From IMG/VR virus record IMGVR_UViG_3300027782_000030, positions 32,001-96,000 of that record: 64,000 nucleotides of DNA, one strand, 5' to 3'. A program made the position numbers and the translations under genes. The notes beneath the pieces were generated by a model, which saw only the letters and a program-made list of their open reading frames with translations, did no database searches and was not told where the DNA came from. Position 1 is the stretch's first letter. Every line of letters begins with the position of its first letter. This stretch comes from a virus. Taxonomy: Duplodnaviria; Caudoviricetes. Shown here piece by piece: positions 17,954-26,459 of the stretch.

Positions 17954-18003
17954 CTAATTTCCTTTATAGTATTGTGCATTTGCACAATACTATTTAAACA
18001 TAT

Positions 18004-18025
18004 TAATGTTACAGGAATATTACAA
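18004..18025 (-). promoter_or_regulatory. Pho box upstream of pstS-phoX
   Basis: Minus strand TTGTAATATTC CTGTAACATTA (consensus half-site CTGTCAT, 11-bp period), then 7 nt, then TAAATA (17991-17996). Confidence 0.85.
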
Positions 18026-18061
18026 GGCGCCCAAAATAGGTAATATTTTTAGAAAATTAAA

Positions 18062-18442
18062 TTAGACAGATTGTTTTGATTTATAATCTTCAATAGCCGA
18101 CTTGATTGCGTCTTCTGCTAAGATTGAGCAGTGGATTTTGACTGGCGGGAGGGCGAGTTCTTCTGCAATCTGTGTGTTTCTAATTGTTGCTGCCTCGTCG
18201 AGGGTTTTGCCTTTAACCCACTCTGTGACAAGACTTGAGCTAGCAATCGCTGACCCGCACCCATACGTTTTAAATCTAGCATCTTCTATTACTCCATTTT
18301 CATTTACTTTAATTTGAAGTTTCATCACATCACCGCATGCTGGGGCTCCGACTAGTCCAGTACCTATTGTATTGTCAATTTCAAATTTTCCAACATTGCG
18401 TGGGTTTTCATAATGCGATAATACTTGTGGTGAATAAGCCAT
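18062..18442 (-). CDS. iscU: Fe-S cluster scaffold protein
   Basis: HYENPRNVG, GAPACGDVM, FKTYGCGSAIASSS, LPPVKIHCSILAEDA. Confidence 0.96.
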   Translation of the reverse strand: MAYSPQVLSHYENPRNVGKFEIDNTIGTGLVGAPACGDVMKLQIKVNENGVIEDARFKTYGCGSAIASSSLVTEWVKGKTLDEAATIRNTQIAEELALPPVKIHCSILAEDAIKSAIEDYKSKQSV

Positions 18443-18463
18443 TGAAGTTCTCCTTTGTTGTAT

Positions 18464-18991
18464 TTAGTCATTAGTGGGAGATTCAAAAACTAACCACCCC
18501 AATTTAAATAAGTCATCTTTAATTTCTTCCGTGATTACACTTTCACTAACATAGCCCTTCATACCATCTTCGTCACCATTACCGAGACCACTGCCCATAC
18601 CAGAACAATACCAATCCATGTAGTCACCTTGTTCTCTGATATCCGCTACGATGCCACCGGCATATCTCCAAGAACAACTCCATGTTTTTTCTTCAAGAAT
18701 CGGCCATACTTCATTTTTTATAAACTGATTATTACATAGTGCGGCATAAAGAGTCTGAGCATACCTATCATCTTTACATTTTTCTGCCATCCAATCGGAA
18801 GTCAACAAATCATATTCCATATTGTTTTCTTGCCATGCAGCACTGCGCTCATTAATCAATCGTTCACCTATCATCTTTTCCCAAAAATTTAAGTAGTCTT
18901 GGTTAGGTTCTTGATCCTTTTCTTTACATCTTTCTATGTAACTTTGACGCTGAAAGGTGTACTTATCAGGACTAGAACGAAGTTTAGACAT
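18464..18991 (-). CDS. Hypothetical phage protein
   Basis: 175-aa ORF in a tight operon; no motif recognised. Confidence 0.65.
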   Translation of the reverse strand: MSKLRSSPDKYTFQRQSYIERCKEKDQEPNQDYLNFWEKMIGERLINERSAAWQENNMEYDLLTSDWMAEKCKDDRYAQTLYAALCNNQFIKNEVWPILEEKTWSCSWRYAGGIVADIREQGDYMDWYCSGMGSGLGNGDEDGMKGYVSESVITEEIKDDLFKLGWLVFESPTND

Positions 18992-19306
18992 TTACTTAAA
19001 ATAGATAAGCACCAGTGCCATTGCTTGAAGCATAAATCCTACGCCAATAGTAGCGATATTAAGCAAGTCTTTAAGCAAAATTGCACGGAAAAATAACAAA
19101 CATAGTGCAGACCACAACATCAATACAACATCTACATTAGGGGCTTTGTCAGTTAACCCTGTCATCAGTGCTAACAAAGATGGCAGAGTAGCCGCATGAA
19201 GCGCAATATTTGCTAGCCAACCTAAAGTATCCGCAGAAATTTTGTGTAGTTTAGTGGTAAAAAATTCAATTAAAGATGTATAAAGGTCTACTAACTTAGT
19301 CATCAT
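18992..19306 (-). CDS. Small multi-TM membrane protein
   Basis: Three hydrophobic helices. Confidence 0.65.
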   Translation of the reverse strand: MMTKLVDLYTSLIEFFTTKLHKISADTLGWLANIALHAATLPSLLALMTGLTDKAPNVDVVLMLWSALCLLFFRAILLKDLLNIATIGVGFMLQAMALVLIYFK

Positions 19307-19851
19307 GCTTTGTCCTTGTAAAAAATATGATTGCCGATTTTGTTAATTTTTTGGTATGGCCAAGCTGGGTTTACATACACAGCATGATAATACAGTGCAT
19401 CGTGCAAACTGTCAAGTCTAAATCCTTCTAACAACACTTTTTTGGCTACCGCATAACTTTCTTTATATGCTTCGTCTGTGGGCTTATTTTTATTCTTGCC
19501 TATACAATACCAACTAAATTGGCATACTACCTTTTCCATGATGATGTTCTTTTGGTAAACTACAGCACATACATCTTTGGGAAATCTAGGATCATCTACA
19601 CGATTAAGGGTTACTTGAGCAACTGCTACTTTACCCTCAAACGACTCTTGCGCCGCTTCTTTATAAATATTCATAGCCAAACAATCTAGTGTTCTGTCTA
19701 CATTTTTTGCGGATACATATGACCGAGGTTTTTCTAAAGCCACTTCTTGAACAGAGCCAAACTTAAAAGCGGTTACTGCGTTAATAACTACTGCAAGTAA
19801 TAAAATACCAAAAATACTATTAATCATTCTGATTGAAAATGCCATTTTCAA
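19303..19851 (-). CDS. SleB-like cell wall hydrolase (Hydrolase_2)
   Basis: CLAMNIYKEA, AVAQVTLNRV, QFSW, ALYYHA, IGNHIFY. Confidence 0.9.
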   Translation of the reverse strand: MKMAFSIRMINSIFGILLLAVVINAVTAFKFGSVQEVALEKPRSYVSAKNVDRTLDCLAMNIYKEAAQESFEGKVAVAQVTLNRVDDPRFPKDVCAVVYQKNIIMEKVVCQFSWYCIGKNKNKPTDEAYKESYAVAKKVLLEGFRLDSLHDALYYHAVYVNPAWPYQKINKIGNHIFYKDKA

Positions 19852-19924
19852 CTCCTTTTAGTAAAAGTAACTCGTCGGATGAGTATATCATCCTTTCCAA
19901 TTCCACTCAATAGAAACGGGTTAC

Positions 19925-21676
19925 TTAATTTATCCAACAGTCACAATTGCACTTGATGACTTCTTCAATTGCATCTGCTACATTGTAAACTGATGGCGAC
20001 AAAACTGCTGCGGTCAGAGCCGCATTTAGATTTGGTGGAATAAGGTTGCTCACCGGTGATCCGGCTAAACTACCTGGGAACGCAGGTCCTCCTATATCTA
20101 ATGGAGTACCTTGTGAATTTGGACCTCCTGCTATAACAGCAATAGGTTCTAACCCAGCTGATCCAGCTTCTAAAATTGCAGAAACTAAACCTGATCTGGG
20201 GTTAACTGATGGTTTGGAAATACCACCTGCAATAGGACTAGTAGCCGATATGATAGGTTGAGCGGGCCCTGTTCCATTTTTAGCAGGTCCTAATAAATTT
20301 TTATTATTAGGATTATTTCGTGCTGTATTTAAAATTTGTTTAATAGGTGATATAGGCTGAGTTGTTGCTAACTTAAATTGAGTAGTATTAGGGTCATAAT
20401 ACCCAATTGGCTGAGCAACAGAATTGCTAGGTAAAGTAAAGGTAGTATTTGGGTTATCAAAGTCTCCGTTAATACCTGTAACTGTAATTCCCTCTATGCC
20501 TGTAGGTAGTGTGCCATTAGAAATCAAAATTTCTATTTCTTGTTGATCCAATTCACCTGGTATATTATTGTCTAACTCTATACCGATCTCTTGTAATCTA
20601 GCACCATTTCTTTCTTGTCGCATCATTGCTACGATGCTTTGACCACCAACTGTAGTTAAATCACTAATAGCCTCTAGCGTTTGAGCATACATATGAGGTA
20701 GAGTGCTTTTTGCAATAGTAGGTATTGAGTCAACAAATACATATAGAGAAGTTGGATACAAGTTTAGCCAAATATCTCTTGTAGGGCTAGGAACTGGAGC
20801 TATACCTGTGTACCTAGTTCTTTGTTCTATAGTAAGTTGCGTACCAAATGCATCATATATCGTGTTTAAATCTACACTGAGTATAGGATTAACTGTCCGT
20901 ATAACTGCTATCTCTGCATTAGCAGCATCAATATAGTATTGTACCGCTGTATTCATTCCTGGCCATCCTGCACTACCATAAGTAGTTGGAGGATTGGCTA
21001 CTGTTCCTGTAGGTACTATCACCGTAACTGGCCCTGCTGAAGTTAGCGCAACTGAAAGTATTCTACCATAAGTAGATAAATCATTAGGATCAGTGCCGAT
21101 AGTAGTACTACCCGTCCCGCCGTTACTTAAAGTAATGCTAGGCGCAGCAGCACCTTCTCTACCATACCCGCCACCTGAATCAGTTAATGTTATTCCTGTA
21201 ACAGTATAGTTTCCAAACCCATCATCAGTATATTGAACAGAAACAGTACCAACTTCCCATATAACTGCTAGATATAAATTTTGATATATGTTTACTAATG
21301 TAGTTGTTTGTAGCGACTGAATACTTGATTGAATGTCAGTCCAAGCATATGGTAAACCACTCATACAACCTAAAAAATCACTCATGGTATAGGTGCCATA
21401 TGGACCGCTCCCCAAAGCAATACGATCATATGCTGCTGAAGCTAAATTAGTACTAGTTGGCACATCTGTACCATTAACTTGATCTAATCCTTTAGTTGTT
21501 TCAATGTTAAAAACTACTTGAGAAAATTTCTCAAAGTCAACGTTGCGGATATTTCTAATCTGCTGCATAGTAGCAGAGAAGGCTCCTGCTGTAACCGCTA
21601 TTTCATCAGGTAGTATCCCTGATAAATATGAACCAAAGCCTTCTTTTGCTACTTGAAAATTTAATGTATCTGCCAT
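19925..21676 (-). CDS. Probable virion structural protein
   Basis: T/G/S-rich 583-aa ORF co-transcribed with PAAR; ends CNCDCW. Confidence 0.55.
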   Translation of the reverse strand: MADTLNFQVAKEGFGSYLSGILPDEIAVTAGAFSATMQQIRNIRNVDFEKFSQVVFNIETTKGLDQVNGTDVPTSTNLASAAYDRIALGSGPYGTYTMSDFLGCMSGLPYAWTDIQSSIQSLQTTTLVNIYQNLYLAVIWEVGTVSVQYTDDGFGNYTVTGITLTDSGGGYGREGAAAPSITLSNGGTGSTTIGTDPNDLSTYGRILSVALTSAGPVTVIVPTGTVANPPTTYGSAGWPGMNTAVQYYIDAANAEIAVIRTVNPILSVDLNTIYDAFGTQLTIEQRTRYTGIAPVPSPTRDIWLNLYPTSLYVFVDSIPTIAKSTLPHMYAQTLEAISDLTTVGGQSIVAMMRQERNGARLQEIGIELDNNIPGELDQQEIEILISNGTLPTGIEGITVTGINGDFDNPNTTFTLPSNSVAQPIGYYDPNTTQFKLATTQPISPIKQILNTARNNPNNKNLLGPAKNGTGPAQPIISATSPIAGGISKPSVNPRSGLVSAILEAGSAGLEPIAVIAGGPNSQGTPLDIGGPAFPGSLAGSPVSNLIPPNLNAALTAAVLSPSVYNVADAIEEVIKCNCDCWIN

Positions 21677-21678
21677 AA

Positions 21679-23373
21679 TTAGTTTAGAACCTCATTAGTA
21701 CCTATCACCTGTTTGACATTATGAGATACTAACCCTTCTGTCAAATAAGTATGAGCATCTGCTACAGTAATCTTTACTACTTCCCCAAAAGAATGTGGTT
21801 TAGTATATTTTACTACTGCTAACTTATTATGGGATGTGATAATATCCCCTGGCATTAATCTTTCAATTTCTATCCAACCTTCTTCTGTTAACATCCTATG
21901 ATTGGCCGAACCTACAAATATAGTATCGTCAACTACTACTTGCCATCTATTAGCATTTTCAAATGATACTGCGGTTACGGGGTACTCACCCCATTCTTTA
22001 GTAGTTTCATGCTGAGTATAAACTAACATACCCTCTTTAACATCTTTGGCATGTATTGAAGTTTTGTCTGCCAACATAATATTGATCCACGGTGCAGGAC
22101 ATCCACCACCTCTATATCGTTCAAGAGGAACTGCGGTTGGGGCTACTTCAGGTGGAATCGGAGCAGGTGGTTCTACTATAGCAGGTGGGCCAGGTGGGAT
22201 AATTACACCTATTTGTTCAACTATTGCAGGTGCTTCTAGCCTAGAACTCACTGAAGTATTGTCAAATATAGGATAGTATGTTTTAGAATTAGTTGGTCCT
22301 GGATTAGCATTATAGATAGGCACAGTCAATGATTGATAACTGTTAGGAAACAATTTCTTAATGTTTAACAAATCAGCAAGAGACTCTAATCCTTGGGTTT
22401 TACAATTTAATGGTATTAATATGTCATCTAAATCTTGACCTATAATAATTAAAAATGCCCCGTATATCTGTTGCTCTTGTAATTTAGTAGGGGTTAACAA
22501 TCTTCCACTAGCAATATCATCAATATCTTGTGATGCCAATCCTGCTGACAATAGCGACAATGCTAATGACTGTGTTATTGTATTATACTTTTTAATAGTT
22601 TGTAGTAGTACTGAGGGTAAACCAAACTTTAGTATCTTTGATAAGTCTATTACCTTACCTGCGGTAATACAGTCTTGACCAAACGCTTGAGTTGCTAGAC
22701 TAACACCAGTTACATCAGCACTGATGAGGTCATTCATATTACTATAAGTGCCTTTAAGGAACTTGCTAGATCCTTGTATTGCATTGATTGTAGTATTAGA
22801 ATAATCTATAAAATTTTGAGCATTTAGAAAACTTGATACAAAATCTTTATACTCAGGCATGCCTGAACCTGCTACAATGCCATTCCAATTAAATTCATTC
22901 CAAGCTTGAAGAGCATATAATCTCAAAAATCCCCATTGGGTAACACTTTTGTTATTATTAGTAGTATCATAAGGAATCCAAGTTGCACTTTGTCCATCGC
23001 CAGTATCACCAGCTGTTGAATAACCAGTCGTTGCCTCTCCTTGCCATTGACCAGTAGGGTCACTAGTAGTGTATCCTGGGCTTTTTGCATTACCTAATGC
23101 AGGGATAATATCTTCACCTATAGCAATTAAATTGTCATAGGTCGAAGTTCCTGTAGGAGTTTTAGCAACATTGCCATTATACGCAGCATATATGGCATAG
23201 GTCAAAGGTTTTAAACATGTGTTGTTAACTAGACTACCCGGAGTGTAAGTAGTATTTGTCTTACTGGTTCCTATGTACCCTTGATTAGTAGGGTTAATAC
23301 ATAGCCCTATATTTTGTAATAAGGAACTATTTACATTTACACCTAATGGACTTTGTTTACCTGTAATACTCAT
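21679..23373 (-). CDS. Probable virion structural protein with C-terminal Hint domain
   Basis: Pro-rich linker then GGG|CPAPW...SANHRMLT...HTY...VSHN. Confidence 0.75.
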   Translation of the reverse strand: MSITGKQSPLGVNVNSSLLQNIGLCINPTNQGYIGTSKTNTTYTPGSLVNNTCLKPLTYAIYAAYNGNVAKTPTGTSTYDNLIAIGEDIIPALGNAKSPGYTTSDPTGQWQGEATTGYSTAGDTGDGQSATWIPYDTTNNNKSVTQWGFLRLYALQAWNEFNWNGIVAGSGMPEYKDFVSSFLNAQNFIDYSNTTINAIQGSSKFLKGTYSNMNDLISADVTGVSLATQAFGQDCITAGKVIDLSKILKFGLPSVLLQTIKKYNTITQSLALSLLSAGLASQDIDDIASGRLLTPTKLQEQQIYGAFLIIIGQDLDDILIPLNCKTQGLESLADLLNIKKLFPNSYQSLTVPIYNANPGPTNSKTYYPIFDNTSVSSRLEAPAIVEQIGVIIPPGPPAIVEPPAPIPPEVAPTAVPLERYRGGGCPAPWINIMLADKTSIHAKDVKEGMLVYTQHETTKEWGEYPVTAVSFENANRWQVVVDDTIFVGSANHRMLTEEGWIEIERLMPGDIITSHNKLAVVKYTKPHSFGEVVKITVADAHTYLTEGLVSHNVKQVIGTNEVLN

Positions 23374-23651
23374 GGGCAGTATACGTCCGGGCTACCATCT
23401 ACGATAGGATGACCGCATGTATTACCTGAACCAGTTCTTAATACAGGTTCTCCTTCAGCAAAAACAGTAGGACTACCTGATGTAGTTCTAGCAGCACTAT
23501 GCGGAGGATGGGGTTTTCCAAACGGAGCATGGGGAGTCATTACACTTACATGTAATCCCACAGGTATACCATTAGCGAATACCGTGCCGGCTCCCCGCAT
23601 AATTTTTCCACCTGCGGAATTTGCATCACCCTGTCTGCTCAATTGCGCCAT
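23370..23651 (-). CDS. PAAR-domain spike tip protein (gp5.4-like)
   Basis: SRQGD, TVFANGIP, PH, TVFAEGEP, CGH. Confidence 0.9.
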   Translation of the reverse strand: MAQLSRQGDANSAGGKIMRGAGTVFANGIPVGLHVSVMTPHAPFGKPHPPHSAARTTSGSPTVFAEGEPVLRTGSGNTCGHPIVDGSPDVYCP

Positions 23652-23652
23652 A

Positions 23653-23949
23653 TTATCCTAAGATTAATTTTTTATTAGGTACTGCTATTCCAGTTGTTGC
23701 TTGAGTATATTTTGCTTGTATACTCTCATCCGTTATTCCATAAATTGCAATACTATTAGTATTTAGCTTTATTTCACCCTCGGGATTTGCGGTAAACAGA
23801 CTAGGAACTAGTCCTAACCCCTGTGGTCCGGGTGCTACTGATACTGGATCAAAAATAGTAATAAAATCTGTTTCTACTTTAATTACTTTAGCGATCAATT
23901 CTTCTCCACTGTTTAATTTAAACGTGTAAATTTCATCTTTATTAAGCAT
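23653..23949 (-). CDS. Conserved T4-like hypothetical (Sm-like beta fold)
   Basis: TFKLNSGEELIAK...YTQATTGI motif typical of T4-like phages. Confidence 0.6.
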   Translation of the reverse strand: MLNKDEIYTFKLNSGEELIAKVIKVETDFITIFDPVSVAPGPQGLGLVPSLFTANPEGEIKLNTNSIAIYGITDESIQAKYTQATTGIAVPNKKLILG

Positions 23950-23957
23950 TATATTCC

Positions 23958-24182
23958 TTAGGCTGCTAATTTTTGTTTGAGTTCTGGAAACCCACCCACA
24001 TACTCTTCACCGAGAAAAATTTGTGGCACTGATCGGGCAGTTGGTACTGCCTCTAATAATTCTTCTTTTGTCCAACCTTCACCAATTTTCTTTTCTTCAA
24101 ATTGAATTCCTTTGCTTGTTAGCAATGCTTTTGCTTGGTCACAATAAGAACAATTGTTTTTACTCCATACTGTAGCTTTCAT
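23958..24182 (-). CDS. Glutaredoxin
   Basis: CSYC, RSVPQIF, YVGGF. Confidence 0.93.
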   Translation of the reverse strand: MKATVWSKNNCSYCDQAKALLTSKGIQFEEKKIGEGWTKEELLEAVPTARSVPQIFLGEEYVGGFPELKQKLAA

Positions 24183-24196
24183 TTTCTTTCTCCTTT

Positions 24197-25300
24197 TTAT
24201 ACCTTAGGTAATTGGTCATAATCAAGTGATTCACTCATTACGCCCAATACATAGTTAGTTGATTCATTTTCCTGTAATGCTGTTTGTTTTTTACTTGTGT
24301 CACTGTGTTTATTAAACCAAGGGATCGGAGTAGTTTTTGGAACATTAGTATTGGTGTATTTGATTCCAATATCTTTTAATGCATGTAATGCGGTATAATC
24401 TACAAAATCTCGTAGAATGTTAGGATTAAGTCCAATTACAGGACCCATTTTAAACAAATAAGTAGCCCAATCTTTTTCTTCTCTAATAACATCCATATAC
24501 ATACTGTATACTTCTTGCTCACACTCTTGTTTTGCTTGAGCAAATCTAGGATCTTCTTTTACTACTTGATTAATCATCCAAGCAGTCCATTCTTTATGTA
24601 AAAGTTCATCCTGTAAAATTAGACTAATAATGTTACCATTGCCAATAAAGATTTTATTCTCGACCATAGCAAGACTAGTAGCAAAGCTAACCATAAAACG
24701 AAATGCTTCAAGCGCATAACTAGCATTAAGTGCTAGCCAAATAGCTCTTACATGTACCTTTTCACTGATTGCCTCGCCAAGTTCTTTATGGCAATTAATC
24801 ATATGCAATTGATCATAATAGTTACCCACACTGCTTGCCATGTCCACAATCTCTTTAGTGTCATGAATGGTGTTAAACACATCCTTTGGCACATTATAGA
24901 TATTACGAATGATATGACTATAACTGCGACTATGTATGTTAGTTTCAAAGAAGCTCCAATTATACATTAGTGCTTCTAGTTCAGGTAGACTAACAACAGG
25001 TGTAAAAACCTGTGCTGGCCCACGACCTTGAATACTATCAAGTGCGGTTTGTCTTAATAAGTTACTAGTAAAGATATGCTTAACTGCATCACTGGCATCT
25101 TTAAAATCATTAGCATCTTTAGATAGAGAAATTTCTTCGGGTACCCAAAAGAATCCCCTAGCTGTTTGTTCTATCTTTTGTAATTTATTATACTTGACTT
25201 CTTCAAAGCGTTGAATTGTAACAGGACCTTCAGGGTCTAGAAACATTTTACGATTTATATAGTCTGTTTTAGTGTTTAGGTTGTATTGGTGTTTTGACAT
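24197..25300 (-). CDS. nrdB: Ribonucleotide reductase class Ia beta subunit
   Basis: FFWVPEEISL, ETNIHSRSY, LEAFRFMVSF, QDELLH, QENESTNY. Confidence 0.95.
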   Translation of the reverse strand: MSKHQYNLNTKTDYINRKMFLDPEGPVTIQRFEEVKYNKLQKIEQTARGFFWVPEEISLSKDANDFKDASDAVKHIFTSNLLRQTALDSIQGRGPAQVFTPVVSLPELEALMYNWSFFETNIHSRSYSHIIRNIYNVPKDVFNTIHDTKEIVDMASSVGNYYDQLHMINCHKELGEAISEKVHVRAIWLALNASYALEAFRFMVSFATSLAMVENKIFIGNGNIISLILQDELLHKEWTAWMINQVVKEDPRFAQAKQECEQEVYSMYMDVIREEKDWATYLFKMGPVIGLNPNILRDFVDYTALHALKDIGIKYTNTNVPKTTPIPWFNKHSDTSKKQTALQENESTNYVLGVMSESLDYDQLPKV

Positions 25301-25311
25301 AGTTTTCTATT

Positions 25312-25797
25312 TTAGTTATAATTATCGTCTTTGTCAAGCTCTATCCACGTATAGTCGCCTAACCATTTCACCTTGCATATGTACTCATAATGACTTGGTG
25401 GTCCGCTACTCCAATCATCAGGTCCATTATGTGTCAATATTGTGCATTTATCTACATGATTAAATGCTAGCCAATATATCTGCCCATGATATATTTGAAA
25501 GTTATATTTAGCACTATGCACTGATTCGGTAATATCTAGTCTACGTTTAATACTGGCTGCTTGTTTCTGTAGTACATTAACCAAATCCATAATACGATTA
25601 TATTCTTGTTGGGCGTGCATTTTGGCTACATTGACCATAATGTCTTTTTGTTTTTCAACAGGAATCAAATCAAATTTAGGCCCACTAGATTCTGTAGGAT
25701 AAGGAGTAATATTTCTATTGAAAAATTCAACCAAGCCTGTACTTAATTCAGCATCATAGCTCTCTCTGCCTTGTGCTAAATTACTTCTAGCGGTCAT
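25312..25797 (-). CDS. Hypothetical protein, DUF2452-like
   Basis: Helix then AKYNFQIYHGQIYWL...P..W pattern recalled from that family. Confidence 0.45.
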   Translation of the reverse strand: MTARSNLAQGRESYDAELSTGLVEFFNRNITPYPTESSGPKFDLIPVEKQKDIMVNVAKMHAQQEYNRIMDLVNVLQKQAASIKRRLDITESVHSAKYNFQIYHGQIYWLAFNHVDKCTILTHNGPDDWSSGPPSHYEYICKVKWLGDYTWIELDKDDNYN

Positions 25798-25809
25798 TGA
25801 TATGTCCTG

Positions 25810-26445
25810 TTATTCATTTTTTTCGTCAATAGTGTAAAACCAATCATCTCCGGCAATCCATTTGCGTGTGCCATCCACTGTGAAAATAGTCTGCGCGGCT
25901 TTGAAGTCTGGGAATTTTACTTTGCCTGAAATCAAACTTTGATCATACCACAAACATCGATTGTTAGGCTGACAAGCAAACTGACCGTTTTCTAGACGAA
26001 TAAAATTAAATGACTTATGTTCTTCAGCAACCTCAGTAAAGCCAGTATCAACATCCATTCCGTCAGCACAAAAGTCTACTGTAAATAAATATATTCCGTG
26101 ATGCCATGCACGATCTTTTCCTAAAAACTTAACACCTAGATTACGCAGACCTATTTTTTCAATAATAGTAAAGCGATATCCCATGCAATCCCAAAGCTGT
26201 AAAGTATCTATAGGTAAATTTCCCGTATAGTTTTCTTGCCATACATAAGCGTGGATAGGTAGTTTATCATATAGTGCTCCGTAATTAGGTAATAATGATT
26301 CAATACGAAACACTTGCCCTCGTAGGGCTTTGAGGCTAACCCATATTGCAGGTTCTAACTCACCGTGACCTTTTTCAAAGTTATAAAGAAATTCTCTTTT
26401 AACAAAACATTTGATTGGTGGCAACGATCCGATAATATAACTCAT
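25810..26445 (-). CDS. Conserved phage hypothetical protein
   Basis: ORF between nrdA and nrdB; likely start MSYIIGSLPP. Confidence 0.65.
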   Translation of the reverse strand: MSYIIGSLPPIKCFVKREFLYNFEKGHGELEPAIWVSLKALRGQVFRIESLLPNYGALYDKLPIHAYVWQENYTGNLPIDTLQLWDCMGYRFTIIEKIGLRNLGVKFLGKDRAWHHGIYLFTVDFCADGMDVDTGFTEVAEEHKSFNFIRLENGQFACQPNNRCLWYDQSLISGKVKFPDFKAAQTIFTVDGTRKWIAGDDWFYTIDEKNE

Positions 26446-26459
26446 ATTGTATGTTGTCC

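Noticed and set aside
21718-22101. Canonical splicing intein
   Set aside because: The residue after the terminal Asn is Val, and only ~11 aa of C-extein remain
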